Shown here: positions 1 to 12,794 of the stretch, one piece after another
Layout: each line of letters opens with the position of its first letter
How positions within the stretch are numbered: the first letter of the stretch is position 1
Origin: Octopus bimaculoides
Taxonomy: Eukaryota
Direction of reading: 5' to 3'
Assembly: GCF_001194135.2 (NCBI RefSeq)
Contig: NC_068984.1
Span: 60,810,871 to 60,874,870, forward strand
Length of the DNA: 64,000 nt
Made by a program: the position numbers and the translations under genes
The notes under the pieces: model-generated
Told to the model about the DNA's origin: nothing
The model's database searches: none
Seen by the model: only the letters and a program-made list of their open reading frames with translations

Positions 1-477
1 CCTCCTCCTCCTCCTCATCATCATCATCATCATCATCTTACATACGGTCACTATAGCTTTAGTCTAGATACATACAACTTCATTCTTCTGCCTCTCATTC
101 CGCTTATTCTCTCTAAAACAGTCTCTTCACAAGTTAATAATCGTTTCCAGTTCATAACGAGAGCTGCCCTCAATGGTATTGAGCCATATGCATAGTTGCT
201 TGTATATGTCTATGTAAACTCCCATACACACATACAAAACACATATATATGCATTTCTGTGTGTGTGTGTGTGTGTGCTGGTAAGCCATATAGGGTATTA
301 TTACTTGTAATCAGTAGTTATGTTTGCAGCAAATGAATGTTTTAAATGTAATATTTTATATAGTATTCTATTAATTATATAATAGAATATGCAATGCAAT
401 GGATCCTCCGTCGGTTTAAACGATGAGCATTGAGTCGTTTGATCAAATGAACTATTTATAAAGTTATATAAATATCG

Positions 478-685
478 TTTCAAATTTTGCTTCAAGGCCA
501 GCAGTTTTGGTGGATGGGGTAAGTTAATTATATGGACCCCAGTACTTGACTGGTACTTTATTTTATCGCATTCGAAAGGACGAAAGGAAAAGTCGACTCC
601 AGCGGAATTTGAATTCAGAACGTAAAGATCCGGAAGAAATGCCGCTAAGCATTTTGTCCGACATGCTAATGATTCTGCCTGCTCG
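478..685 (-). mobile_element. tRNA-derived SINE family A, degenerate copy
   Basis: Matches the family core TTTATCGACCCCGAAAGGATGAAAGGCAAAGTCGACCTCGGCGGAATTTGAACTCAGAACG seen about 18 times in the window. Confidence 0.8.
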
Positions 686-688
686 ACG

Positions 689-932
689 GAACCGCTAGGT
701 CGCAGTGATGTAAGCAGACCCACACCAGTTGTCAAGCGGTGTCGAGGACAAAGACAAAAGCAAACTCAACGACATACACACACTTAGAAATGTATTCTTT
801 TGGGCTTTTGTTTACCAAAGCCACTCACTAAGCTTCAGTCGGCCCGGGGTTAAAAAGAAAACACTTGCCCAAAGTGTTGCACAGTGGGGCTGAACTCATG
901 ATCATGTGGTTTGGAAGCAAGTTTGTTACCTA
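689..932 (-). mobile_element. SINE family B partial copy (local duplicate of 1558-1810)
   Basis: Near-identical to 1558-1810, including private variants; contains the CORE-like ACACTTGCCCAA segment and the tRNA-like head. Confidence 0.8.
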
Positions 933-1170
933 TTAAAGCGACTGAGTGTTGTATACTTAAGCGACAGATGCTTGTATACTTGCAAATCTCGGATCTTATC
1001 AATACGTAACAAACCCGATCTTTTGAAGTACATGTGCAAAAATTATGAGAGCAATGTATTTACTGAGTGATGGGACAACCCAAGATTCGCATGGTGAAAG
1101 CGAAATCAGGATCTCATCTATGTTATATTGTACTTCAACATATAGCACCCATTGAAACATACATATTCTT

Positions 1171-1381
1171 TTCTGTTCTAGGCACAAAGCCTGAAATTTT
1201 GGGGGAGGGGGCCAGTCAATTGGATCGACCCCAGTACGCAACTGGAACTTAATTTATCGACCCCGAAAGGATGAAAGGCAAAGTCGACCTCGGCGGAATT
1301 TGAACTCAGAACGTAAATTCAGACGAAATACCGCTAAGCATTTCGCTTGGCGTGCTAACGTTTCTGCCAGCTTGTCGCCTT
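1171..1381 (-). mobile_element. tRNA-derived SINE family A, near full length
   Basis: Minus strand reads A-box-like TGGCAGAAACGTTAGC, B-box GAGTTCAAATTCC, central GCCTTTCATCCTTTCGGGGTCGATAAATTAAG (Meta-domain-like, inference) and a tail ending in GTGCCTAGAACAGAA. Confidence 0.9.
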
Positions 1382-1415
1382 AGAAACACCTAAATATTAC
1401 AATTTTGCTGTGCGT

Positions 1416-1812
1416 CTTTTCTTTTATCTTCTTTTACTTGTTCCAATTATTGAACTGCGTCGACGTTGGGGCACCACCTTGAAGTATTTAGTCGTACAAA
1501 TCAACCTCAGTACTTATTTGTAAAAGTTTGGTACTTATTCTGTTGGACTATTTTGCAGAACCGCTAGGCCGCAGTGATGTAAGCAAACCCACACCAGTTG
1601 TCAAGCGGTATCGAGGACAAAGACAAAAGCAAACTCAACGACACACACACACACACACACTTAGAAATGTATTCTTTTGGGCATTCTTCTTTTGGGCATT
1701 CTTCACTAAGCTTCAGTCGGCCCGGGGTTAAAAAGAAAACACTTGCCCAAAGTGTTGCACAATGGGGCTGAACTCATGACCATGTGGTTTGGAAGCAAGT
1801 TTGTTACCTACA
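1416..1812 (-). mobile_element. SINE family B (tRNA head, CORE-like segment, internal (CA)n, CTGAAACAAGTAAAAG-type tail)
   Basis: Homologous to copies at 40381, 43800, 49675 and 63775. Confidence 0.8.
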
Positions 1813-2973
1813 CAGCAACGTCTGCGTGTATGTAATGTTTTTATATCACATGTTAGAAGACTTACATATCGGTTGTGTAGCGGTTGTGGGCAGCTTCGAC
1901 GACTGACCCTAGAAAAGCTAAGTTTATGCGGTGGAGTTGTTCATAATAGACACTGTTTACCACCGCAAACATGTCTAAATGATATCTTTCAAGTATTTGA
2001 CGAGAAGTTGATGGACTTGATCACTAAGTGACAATAAATAGGAAACAATTTTCTTACTACAGCAGATGTAGCTATTAAACATATTTTACGAGAAATGCTC
2101 CCAGCAAACGATGTCTTACCATCACGCTTCGTATCCATCTCGCCTGCTAATCTTTACAGGCCACTTTACAGGTGGACTGTTTTAACGGAAATCTCTGAAA
2201 TTTGCACATGACTGAATCGAACACCATGATCGCAGAGGTACAAGATTTTCGAGCTCGGAATCACCTCGATTTTGCATATTAATTAGCACAGAATGAACAC
2301 TTTCAAAGTGAATTAAATCTGCGTTATCATCGTTTTCCAGTCTTTGGTTGCATTCTCACGTAATTCGGCTGTTATTGAATTTCCGGTCCGCATTGATTTT
2401 GGCTTGTCAATAAGCGTTCTGTGGTGATCGCAAAGATCATACGAAATGAGAGCTGGCGCAGTATTCGTAAAATGATACCATATTTATAACACATTTTCCT
2501 TTCAAAACACATGCATCTTGAAGTTAAAAGTTATACAGTATATAGTAAAATAGACTAGCCGAGTGGAGACCTTCGGTGTTCTTGCGTCTTCCTTGCTGTC
2601 CTTTGGAGGTAACGTCATTTACGTTTTGTCCGTCGGGAACAAAAGGCGGACTGACAATCTTTTTAGTTATTTCTTAAAATAACTAAATACTGATCTTAAA
2701 GTTTCTATTTTTTGTTTGTTTGTTTATGTAGGAACACAGTAATATACAATATCTGTAACAACGCCACATAATAATGTATTGCATAAACAACAATGGCGGA
2801 CTGGTAGAATATGTAGGGCAACGGACAAAATGGCCTGTGAAATTAAGTCATGTTCCTTTACGTTACGAATTCAAATATATAAAATGTTACAAATGGATGC
2901 TACTGTTTAATCTTAATTGACCGTCATAAAAGGTATTTCATGTTTATCGCTTTTCTTTTTATGCAGACATAAT

Positions 2974-3125
2974 GCATCTCGGACTTAATTCCTTGTGTCT
3001 AAAAGACAATAGGATATGATTTGAGGGAGATATATTTGCTATTTCTGGCATCTAGGACTTGAATCTCCTGTGTCTATAAGACAATAAGGTATGATTTAAG
3101 GGAGATATATTTGCTATTTCTGGCA
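2974..3125 (-). repeat. Tandem duplication of an ~75-bp unit within a family G repeat
   Basis: Two adjacent copies, each ending in GGGAGATATATTTGCTATTTCTGGCA. Confidence 0.85.
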
Positions 3126-3229
3126 GGTTGATCGACCATCATTAGACTACGATCTTCCATCCCTAACCGAATAGACCTACGATCAAAGATATTTCAACCA
3201 TTCCGTCTTTTTTGGAGTATGTAGGACTA

Positions 3230-3640
3230 TAGGGTGTTCGGACTCAATTAGATGACCTTTATACCTTTATGCTTCATTTTTCTTCTCCTCAGTAAACAGC
3301 TTGATGTATAGGTGAACAATCAACGTTGGAGAGTATAAAGATTAAAGTAGTAGAGAAGTTAGCTGAGATGGAAGACTGGAAGCCATTTGAATACTGGAAA
3401 AGTGTTACATGTATCATGATGATTCATGCTGAGTATTAAAATGCGGACACCATAACTGCTGCTCAATGTTCTGTGAACACTGTAAAGGCTGTAAGACATG
3501 ACATATACAGTTGCAACAGAGACTATGATGCCATGGCCAGCAGAAAGGAACGCAGCAGGCATTATGACTGTGTACACATACAGTAATTCATTTAACAGTG
3601 ATGAATAGGGCCTTAAGCTCAATTCAGCCACCATCAAGAT
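3230..3640 (+). mobile_element. Tc1/mariner-superfamily (maT-like) element 5' remnant with decayed transposase N-terminus
   Basis: TA followed by TAGGGTGTTCGG (CAGGGTG-type TIR start); frame from ATG 3368 reads MEDWKPFEYWKSVTCIMMIHAEY*NADTITAAQCSVNTVKAVRHDIYSCNRDYDAMASRKERSRHYDCVH, HTH-like with internal stops. Confidence 0.5.
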
Positions 3641-3807
3641 CCACACCATCATCGTGATTGATGCTAATATTATGTGTAATGCTACGAGAAGTACAGTAAT
3701 AATAACAACGACAAAACAATTGTAGTGGAGGTGGTGGTCATATTAGTGTTAATGATGATAATGAGGACGAGGGTGAGGAAGATGAGGATGATGACTATGA
3801 TAATAAT

Positions 3808-4011
3808 GGTTTCAAATTTTGGCACAGGGTCAGAAGTTTTGGTGTGGGCGTGGGGATGAAGCCTATTAGATCGACCCCAGTTCACATTTGACACTTAATT
3901 CATTGACCCTGAAAGGATGAGAGGTAAAATCGACCTCAGAACGTTAAGATGGACGATATAAAGGTAAGCATTTTGCTCGGCGTGTTAACGATTCTACTAG
4001 CTCGCCACCTT
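3808..4011 (-). mobile_element. SINE family A copy
   Basis: Family core with internal deletion; tandem with 4021-4231. Confidence 0.85.
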
Positions 4012-4020
4012 AAAAAAAAA

Positions 4021-4229
4021 ATTTCTACTATAGGCACAAGGCCTGAAATTTCGGAGGAGAAGGTAAGTCGATTACTTCGATCCCAGTTCACAACTGGCAC
4101 TTATTTTATCGACCCCGAAAGGATGAAAGACAAAGTCATCTTCAATGGGATTTTGACTCAGAACGTAAAGGCAGACAAAATACTGCTACGTATTTTGCGG
4201 CATGCTATCGATTCTGCTAGTTCATCGCC

Positions 4230-4231
<2 letters not shown>
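4021..4231 (-). mobile_element. SINE family A copy
   Basis: Full family match from TTTCTACTATAGGCACAAGGCC to TCATCGCCTT. Confidence 0.9.
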
Positions 4232-4272
<41 letters not shown>

Positions 4273-4689
4273 CGAATGCTGTTTAAGATTAATGTTGTAA
4301 ATGATGATGATAATAGTGGTGGTGTGCGTGATATTAAAAAGTAGTAATTAAATCCCAAGAGAAATTTCAGGTTTCTTTCGTCATTTAATGACAAATGTTA
4401 GTCTTCGCAGAAATCTTTATTGCGTCCACCAATCAACTTGGAACTGATTCCATTTCAACTGGATCCGGTTTTCATTCTTTTGCTGTTTATTTTATTGTGA
4501 ACTTTCGAAAAAAAAAAAAAAGGAAAGAAAAAACACAGAGGAAAAAGAATTAAACAATATCTAAAAAGAATATGGCGTTTCAACAACACCAGCTCATGGC
4601 TCATGCCGTGATTCTGCGTTATTTATTCAGGGAATTTCGTTAATTTGTGTCAATGTGGTGGGCTTGTCACATGGCTTTGGTTTAATGAG

Positions 4690-4890
4690 ATAGCGTTACA
4701 TAGTCGCGTATCCGTTTAGAAATAGCAACAAAATCTCTTTCGAAACAAGTCTTACTGTCTTTTTTTTTAAAAAAGGAGACGCCAGAAAATTAAGAACCGA
4801 ATTCTCTGCATATAAGAAAAACGGAATAGTCATGGCTGGAACGCGTTTGATTATGGGGTTTAACTTGTGTTGGTGTCAAGATAAAACACT
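4690..4890 (+). mobile_element. Interspersed repeat family G (SINE-like; AAATAGCAAC...TCATGGCTGGAA...TTTGAT)
   Basis: Related copies near 2990-3215 (-), 5050-5110, 5720-5900, 6040-6200 (-) and 55040-55255. Confidence 0.6.
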
Positions 4891-4954
4891 TAAAAATACA
4901 ACAATTATATTTCTCTCATACCACTCTTTCGTCTTAAATATAGAGCGATACATT

Positions 4955-5034
4955 GCATAAGGTTATCCTAGCATGAGTTTATCCCTGGATTAAGTTATCC
5001 CTGCATAAGATTATCCATGCATAAGGTTATTCCT
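4955..5034. repeat. Minisatellite, 5 x 16 bp (consensus GCATAAGGTTATCCCT)
   Basis: Units: gcataaggttatccta, gcatgagtttatccct, ggattaagttatccct, gcataagattatccat, gcataaggttattcct. Confidence 0.9.
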
Positions 5035-6650
5035 GATATGCAAAATAGATGATAATCATAGCTGGAACGTCTTTGATCATACGTCTGCTTAGTGACAGTT
5101 GACCTGGACCTTGGATGGGTCTAACGGACTTCGCTCAGATGTAAATATTCGGATTGGGCCCCTCGATTCCTTTTTTTGTCCTCTCCTTCTTCCTACAGAT
5201 ATTAACCTTAATAAACTCTTCAGCCACACCAATCTTATAAGTTTGCAAGAAACTACAAGGGTTATACATCTTCAAAGTCAAAGGATGTATTGTAGCACGA
5301 TTATTCCATGCAGTATTTGTTCTGGTTCGCTGAGTTCAAATCATGCCAAGGCAAAATTTGGCTTCCATCCCTTCGGAGTAGATAAAAAAAATCAAAAAAA
5401 TCAGTCGAGTGCTGTCTCTAATTTTTTTTTTATCTCTCTCTCTCTCTCTCAGAATTAGCAATGTGGATTCAAGAAAGGAACGTTTACATCGCAGCCTCAT
5501 TAATTCTTTTATTGCGAACACAAGAACGAAAGGAAGGTTTTTTCGTTCTTATATGTAACTAATTGAAATTCAATATCCGCGAATGGACATCACCAACTAG
5601 TAGAACAGCCTCCACACGCTGTTCTAATTGGATGTGTCGGTTACTGTCGTATCTGACAGCCGGTCTTTCCTTAAAAACTATTTTCACTTGTACTCTAAAA
5701 TAAACAACGTTGAGTGAACAAGATGACCCTTAGGCGGCCGATCGACCTACCAAAATTAACAGCCAATCTCATTCAAATTACATGTCATTGTCCTAGTAAA
5801 GGTCATGCTAGTTAATTGGTCCTAGTTTGCTATGGTTGGGATGTTTATGATCATAGGTTTATTCTATCCGGACTGATCTGGTGTGAGTCAAAGACTACTA
5901 AGTCAAACAATGGCATTACACAATAAAATTTCAGTACGAAGGCAGTGAATGAATATATGGAGTTATCTTCTGGCCGTAGACCTGGTACAAATACTTACAA
6001 CAGAGTGGACGCTTAGAAATTCTCTCAAGGACCAGGTTGCATTTAAACAGAGTAACGGGTTAGATTTATACCCACAAGGAATCCAAAACGTTGATCAACA
6101 CTGTTATTGTTGTTGTTTGTCCTCAAGACAATCCTGATAAATTGGATTGATAATCAAACGCATTCCAACCGTGATCATCTCGTCTTTTTGAAAATTAGAG
6201 ATAACGTTATTCAATGTGTCCTATACTGGTTTCAAAATTTGGTCACATAATCAGCAATCTCACATCAAACCGGTTCATACAGATGTAACTTATGAATGCA
6301 TAAGTGATAGCTGTCGAAATGAAATATTTTGGCCATTGTGCATACTCTGTTAATTCATTCAGGCTTGTTACAAATTACCAATTGCATATTCGAAATCCTT
6401 CAGAGAGAATGCGTAACGATTTATATAATTTTGTCTTAAGTCTATTTCTATTTTTTCATTTATTTTCGAAAAAGAAAAATAAAAAAAATAAAAATAAAAA
6501 TAAATGAAGTTAAACTGGAAATTAAATTACAAGATAATTTCCCTGTACTGCAACACCTCATTACCATCGGCTAATTGCACAAATGACAAGAGTAAAATAA
6601 CAAATACCACCTTAACAAACAAAATCCAACGATGCCACTGTTAATAATTG

Positions 6651-6911
6651 CTTCTAACATAGGCACAAGGCCTGACATTTCGAGGGTGGGCGATGAGTGG
6701 GCGATGGGTGGGTATGTGAGCGAGTGGGTTGTTTATTCAGCGAAGTCGACCCCAGTACATGACAGGTATTTTATTTTATCGACTCCAGAAAGTTGAAAGG
6801 TAAGACTGATTTCAGCTGTATATGAACTCAAAACGTTCCGTGTAGTAGCTGAATGACACAAAGCTTTTTTTATTTGCTTGCTCAAGCGATCCTTCCAATT
6901 CATCGCCCTTT
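6651..6911 (-). mobile_element. SINE family A copy, degenerate
   Basis: ATAGGCACAAGGCCTGA tail and TTTTATCGAC...GAAAGG core. Confidence 0.75.
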
Positions 6912-6924
6912 CCTAAAGATGGTA

Positions 6925-7048
<124 letters not shown>

Positions 7049-7992
7049 CGGTGGTGGTGGTGGTGGTGAAAGTGATGTTGTTAACGAAAACAAAACGTTA
7101 AGTACTCACAGTTAAAAAGCTCAAACTTGAGAAATTCCTGCAATTTTTGCCTGCAACTATAAGCTATTAAACAATTAATGACAGTTAGGGTTAAAGGAAG
7201 AAAAAAATGTGAAAGTGAATGTGAAACAGGATGAGAAAAAGACAATTACAAGAATAAAGGTTTTCTTTTTTTTTCCTCATGTTCTTTTTCCTTCTTTCTA
7301 TCCTCCAGTAAAACTGTTTAACTCTTTCAAAGCTAAAATCAAGGAAAAAATAAAATGGGGGAAAAACAAACAAACAAAAACAAAAATTGAACGTACGTTT
7401 GTATGTGTAATAGAATGCGTGCCCTTGAGTGTATGTGCGATAATTTTTACGTGTGAGCACTTGTATATAATATGCATGTGTTTATGCATGCAAAAATGTA
7501 TGTGTGACGCTTATGTGTACGACTATGCTTGAGCGTGTTTATGCACCTTTATAGATGAGAGTGTGAAAATGTTATATGTGCACGTAAATGTGTGCATGTA
7601 CGTGTGTGTGTTTGTGTGTGTGAGATAGTGCCTCTCCGCGTGGGAATGTGTAAGAATATCGTGTATATATGTGTATGTGTGTATGAGTAAATTTGTGTGA
7701 AAGTATGCATGTGTGAATGTGAGTAAGTGATTCTGTCTATCTGTGAGTGTAAGAATACACGTTTGTCCAAAAACCTGCGTTTGTTTGTGTATATAAACCT
7801 TACTGGACATCTATGTATGAAGTATTCTAGTGTTTGCCTAAGAATCTCTCTTTCTCTCTCTGTGTCTCCGTCTCTCTCTCACTTTCATTTTCTGTGTATG
7901 AGTGAGCACTTAGACATCCATCCATATGAGTATGTGTCTGAACGAATGGACGCATGTGAAAAAGCAAAAAAGAAAAAAAAAAGAAAAAAGAA

Positions 7993-8046
<54 letters not shown>

Positions 8047-8709
8047 TAAAGAGGAAACAGAGATGGACATAGGTATAGCCGTGCAAGCCATTACGTGTTT
8101 TCAGATTCAAGCCAGCTGAATTGGCATTTTTGGCAAGTGTCTTCAACTATACCTTCAGGCTGACAAATACCTTGAAAAATATAACTGTGCAAGTTTATGA
8201 TGATATGAGTCAGAGATTGTATGTATATATGTATGTATGTTTGATTTTTTTTAAATGGCTTTATTACTTATATGAGAAGTGTTCTTCATTATAACTCAAG
8301 TTTCTCGCGTATACGAGTAGCGACCTACAACTACCAAAATGTATTCTAATCGAAATTCGCGAAGCGGAGATGAAAAAAATCCATATGCCTTTTGACAAGT
8401 CACCTGACGAGACTCATCTGCACCTATGACACATCGCAACTGATTGTATAGCATCTCAGCCGCAAAGCACCGGTGCACGAGAGGTCGAAATGGTCGTCGT
8501 GAATAATAAAGTGTCTCGTGAATTCCATTTTCTCTCTGTCATATTTCAAAAACTCTACAGAGACGAAGGAATTCCTGAAGTAAATCCAGTGGCATCTACA
8601 TCCATACTGCTGATGACATCAGGTAGCCGAATACAGTGAACGGGCTTTATACGGCATACTAAAAAGTGTATACCCAAATTTAAAATTATTACTTATGTAT
8701 GTGTTTGTG

Positions 8710-8919
8710 TTTCACATTTTGCCACAAAGCCAGTAATTTCAAGGGAAGGGACAAGTCGATTGCAATGACCCTAGCGCTCAACTGGTACTTATTTTATCGA
8801 TCCTGTAGATGAAAGACAAAGTCGACCTCGGCGGAATTTGAGCTCAGAACGCAAAAAACAGACGAAGCATAGTTAAGCATCTTGCCCGGTGTGCTAACGA
8901 TTTTGCCTGCTCGCTGCTC
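8710..8919 (-). mobile_element. SINE family A copy
   Basis: Family core GACAAAGTCGACCTCGGCGGAATTTGAGCTCAGAACG. Confidence 0.85.
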
Positions 8920-9080
8920 TCGTAATATCCAATATTAAATTTGTTTTACCTATAACACTGGAAGAGGTTCGGTTCTTGCTTGCATAAAAAAATGAAGAAA
9001 AAGAGAATGTAACTATTAACGACGATTATACAGCGATATGCATATATGTAGTCGAAAATCATCCTGTGATCATTCTGCTT

Positions 9081-9465
9081 TGTTGTTGGCACTCCGTCGC
9101 TTACGACGTTGAGGGTTCCAGTTGATCCAATCAACGGAACAGCTTGCTCGTGAAATTAACGTGCAAGTGGCTGAGCACTCCACAGACACGTGTACTCTTA
9201 ACGTAGTTCTCGGGGATATTCATCGTAACACAGTTTGACAAGGCTGACCCTTTAAATTACAGGCACAACAGAAACAGGAAGAAAGAGTGAGAGAAAGTTG
9301 TGGTGAAAAAGTACAGCAGGGTTTGCCACCATCCCCTGCCGGAGTCTCGTGGAGCTTTAGGTGTTTTCGCTCAATAAACACTCACAACGCCCGGTCTGGA
9401 AATCGAAACCGCGATCCTATGACCGCGAGTCCGCTGCCCTAACCACTGGGCCATTGCGCCTCCAC
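9081..9465 (-). mobile_element. tRNA-derived SINE family C, full length (~385 bp)
   Basis: Minus strand begins GGCGCAATGGCCCAGTGGTTAGGGCAGCGGACTCGCGGTC...GGTTTCGATTTCC (A/B boxes) and ends in an (AAC)n tail; homologous to 29738-30124 and 59539-59922. Confidence 0.92.
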
Positions 9466-9749
9466 CGATCACTACTTAAGAAAGTCGAAACCTGCGTCAT
9501 CTCTAGAGACGAGCACTACACTGAGATGTATGTGTGTTGGTTCAACCGCTTACTTTAAAGATACGAAAGCGTAAGACAAAAGAAGGAAGGCGGAAAATAA
9601 GAGACATTCGCTCATTGACACTTTCCTTCAACGGGGAGTTGACGCATGGTCACACACATTGCTGGAAAAAGGAGTGAAAGTTTTCACGACTAATGCTCCG
9701 CCGTCTTTAATTAGGAATTGACGCACTGAAAAATCTGCACGTATATGTG

Positions 9750-9806
<57 letters not shown>

Positions 9807-10272
9807 ACGCACACACACGCACACACACACGTGCATATATGTATGTATATAATGTCTACCCTTATTATAATGACTAGCAGAGAACTGCCAGGGACTGGTG
9901 CTTCTGCTTGTATATTTAATTTTTTTTTGTTATCTCCAAAGGTATCTTAACATTATTGCTGTAGCTTCGACATTCGAATAAATGGCCATATTTCTAAGTG
10001 AACATCTATGAATCAGTCTACAATTCATAATCCTCAACTTTCAATCTAACAGCTATATTTCTGATTAAAGAAGTTTGGTTGATTAAACAGACAATTTTCT
10101 AATTAAACAAGCATTTTAATTAATTGTGCAGATTTTTGTTTCTGACAGAACAGCGCATCACATGTTCACAAACACGTTTTTTACGTTATTAGGTAACGGG
10201 TATCTTGATAGTTCAGTAATATTTTCACACTGTTGTAAGGCGACAGGCTGGCATAATAGTTACCACGCCGGG

Positions 10273-10415
10273 GCAAATTCAAATTCCGCCGAAGTTGACT
10301 TTGCCTTTCATCCTTTCGGGGTCGATAAAATAAGTACCAGTTGAACATCGGGGTCGATGTAATCGACTTGCCCTCTAGCACAAAATCGTTGGCCCTGTGC
10401 TAAAATTTGAAATCG
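10273..10415 (+). mobile_element. SINE family A, 5'-truncated
   Basis: AAATTCCGCCGAAGTTGACTTTGCCTTTCATCCTTTCGGGGTCGATAAAATAAGTACC. Confidence 0.85.
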
Positions 10416-10437
10416 ATATTTTCACATTGTTCTACAG

Positions 10438-11205
10438 CAGTGGTTCCCAACAGTGGTTCCCAACCCTTTTGTTTAAATGAGTATTCCCGCGGACCCCTTT
10501 TAATATGCTTATCCTTATGTATATATATATATATATATNNNNNNNNNNNNNNNNNNNNNNNNNNNNNNNNNNNNNNNNNNNNNNNNNNNNNNNNNNNNNN
10601 NNNNNNNNNNNNNNNNNNNNNNNNNNNNNNNNNNNNNNNNNNNNNNNNNNNNNNNNNNNNNNNNNNNNNNNNNNNNNNNNNNNNNNNNNNNNNNNNNNNN
10701 NNNNNNNNNNNNNNNNNNNNNNNNNNNNNNNNNNNNNNNNNNNNNNNNNNNNNNNNNNNNNNNNNNNNNNNNNNNNNNNNNNNNNNNNNNNNNNNNNNNN
10801 NNNNNNNNNNNNNNNNNNNNNNNNNNNNNNNNNNNNNNNNNNNNNNNNNNNNNNNNNNNNNNNNNNNNNNNNNNNNNNNNNNNNNNNNNNNNNNNNNNNN
10901 NNNNNNNNNNNNNNNNNNNNNNNNNNNNNNNNNNNNNNNNNNNNNNNNNNNNNNNNNNNNNNNNNNNNNNNNNNNNNNNNNNNNNNNNNNNNNNNNNNNN
11001 NNNNNNNNNNNNNNNNNNNNNNNNNNNNNNNNNNNNNNNNNNNNNNNNNNNNNNNNNNNNNNNNNNNNNNNNNNNNNNNNNNNNNNNNNNNNNNNNNNNN
11101 NNNNNNNNNNNNNNNNNNNNNNNNNNNNNNNNNNNNNNNNNNNNNNNNNNNNNNNNNNNNNNNNNNNNNNNNNNNNNNNNNNNNNNNNNNNNNNNNNNNN
11201 NNNNN

Positions 11206-11239
<34 letters not shown>

Positions 11240-11295
11240 TTTGAATTTAGTTCACAGCCCCCCCCCTCCAGTACTACCTTTGTGGACTACCACTG
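10438..11295. mobile_element. hAT (Charlie-like) MITE containing a (TA)n expansion and an assembly gap
   Basis: Starts CAGTGGTTCCCAAC and ends CCACTG; 8-bp flanks TTCTACAG / TTCTACAT (7/8 match) resemble the NTCTAGAN Charlie target. Confidence 0.6.
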
Positions 11296-12748
11296 TTCTA
11301 CATTTTTGGTAACAATGACAACTACGAGTTGTTCAATCTGTCTTCTAACTCACTGTTATCGTGACAGTAACATTAAATACATTGGTATTTAAACCAAACA
11401 GCTGTTAACTTAATCATGTTTCCTTCAACCCAACAACCTGGTTCGTGGTTTTCCGAAGTCCGAAGACCAGTTTTCTGACAAGTTATAATGTCCAAAAAGC
11501 CATTTTCGTTTCGTCCCCAACTTCCATTATCAGTGCCTGTTGTCTTGAAATAACCACATCATTTACGATTCAACGGTTACCAGTCATGCGGAATAGTGAA
11601 CTCCTTAATGACGACACTACAGTACCATCTTTTCTTGCACGAGGCAGCCCAAGGACAAAAACAACAAATTTGGCATCACCATATCCTCATAGAAAACATC
11701 AAAATCAGAATTAGGCAGTTTCTGTTTTTATTTTTATTTTTTCAAATGTAATCAATCATTTAGAATGTTTAGCAGTTTTAGACCAAATTTTTTTCTCTAC
11801 CATCCAAGAAGTATTTTCTTTCTTTCAAGTGAATTACCAGATATTCAAGTTTTTTTATCTTAACCCCGACCCCAATGACATGAATATTAGTATAATACTT
11901 ATTACTCAATTAATTATTCCGCTAAGTAACAACAGGTCCTTTGCAGCATGCAGGTTTAATCTTTAAACCATCAATTTAGTATTCATTTCCAAAAATCAAT
12001 GTCACGAAAGTAAGCCATATATGCAATATATCTACGTTTGCAAAATTTTAATATCATCGTTAATTTCACCTTTTGGCAAACTCATTTGTATGAACGAACT
12101 TTCCATGTTAATTTCCTGCAAACTCACTTTTATGAAAACATGTTTATTGTGGTGATAATGAATATATGCTTTTATGTATTTACTTGTGCAATATTAATAT
12201 CCCTTTAATATCTCTTAATCTTGTGCCAGTATCTCGATTATGGTTGCACTGAATTTAACGTTTATGATTCTTAAACACACAAGCACAGCTCATCTGAACG
12301 ATAAACAGAACTATTATCGAGGCAGCAAGCTATAATTGACTGTTCTAATTGTTCCAACAGTCAACTTCAAAAATTTATTCTTACTTTATTTTTTATCAGT
12401 TTTTCCTTTTCCCTCTTTATCTTTATATTTCTTCTTCATTGTTTTTGTTTTTGTTTTTCTCGTTTCTTGTTTACTCTTTCTATTATTCTATTATTACTTA
12501 TTTTTCCCTTGATTCTTCAACCTGTGCAAGAGCCGTCTTGAATTTTATAATTCATATTCATTTCCATAATGTGATTGTTGACATAATTCTTACACATTTT
12601 GTGATTACAATTTGTAGTCATAAAATTTTAATTGTTACGGAAGGATTATTGAAACAACAGTAGGGGAAATGAATATCTGAAATATCATCGATATTGTTTC
12701 CTGATATTGTTTTGCACACGCACACAGACACATACACACACACCACAT

Positions 12749-12794
<46 letters not shown>

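Noticed and set aside
2040-2700. Complex sequence resembling a non-autonomous DNA transposon
   Set aside because: No TIRs, TSD or second copy could be identified.
3949-4233. 94-aa ORF MDDIKVS...
   Set aside because: Lies entirely in two tandem SINE copies.
8296-8640. CpG-richer patch with possible exon (acceptor ctacag at 8560) and CTGACGA/CTGATGA motifs
   Set aside because: No recognisable protein, weak donor, and no GAAA or stems downstream for a hammerhead.
9380-9465. tRNA-like sequences at SINE heads (also 1300-1381, 42853-42915, 59539-59610)
   Set aside because: A/B boxes are present, but they continue into SINE bodies and lack full cloverleafs, so they are not tRNA genes.
10407-11312. 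Long ORFs containing X runs (also near 15.2k, 27k, 35.5-36.2k, 37.2k, 39-40k, 42.6k, 44.6-45.6k and 57.8k)
   Set aside because: They are open only because N-gaps contain no stop codons.
11330-12200. Partly open minus-strand frames (YGDAKFVVFVLGLPRARKDG...)
   Set aside because: Multiple stops and no motif I can assign; possibly an old TE.
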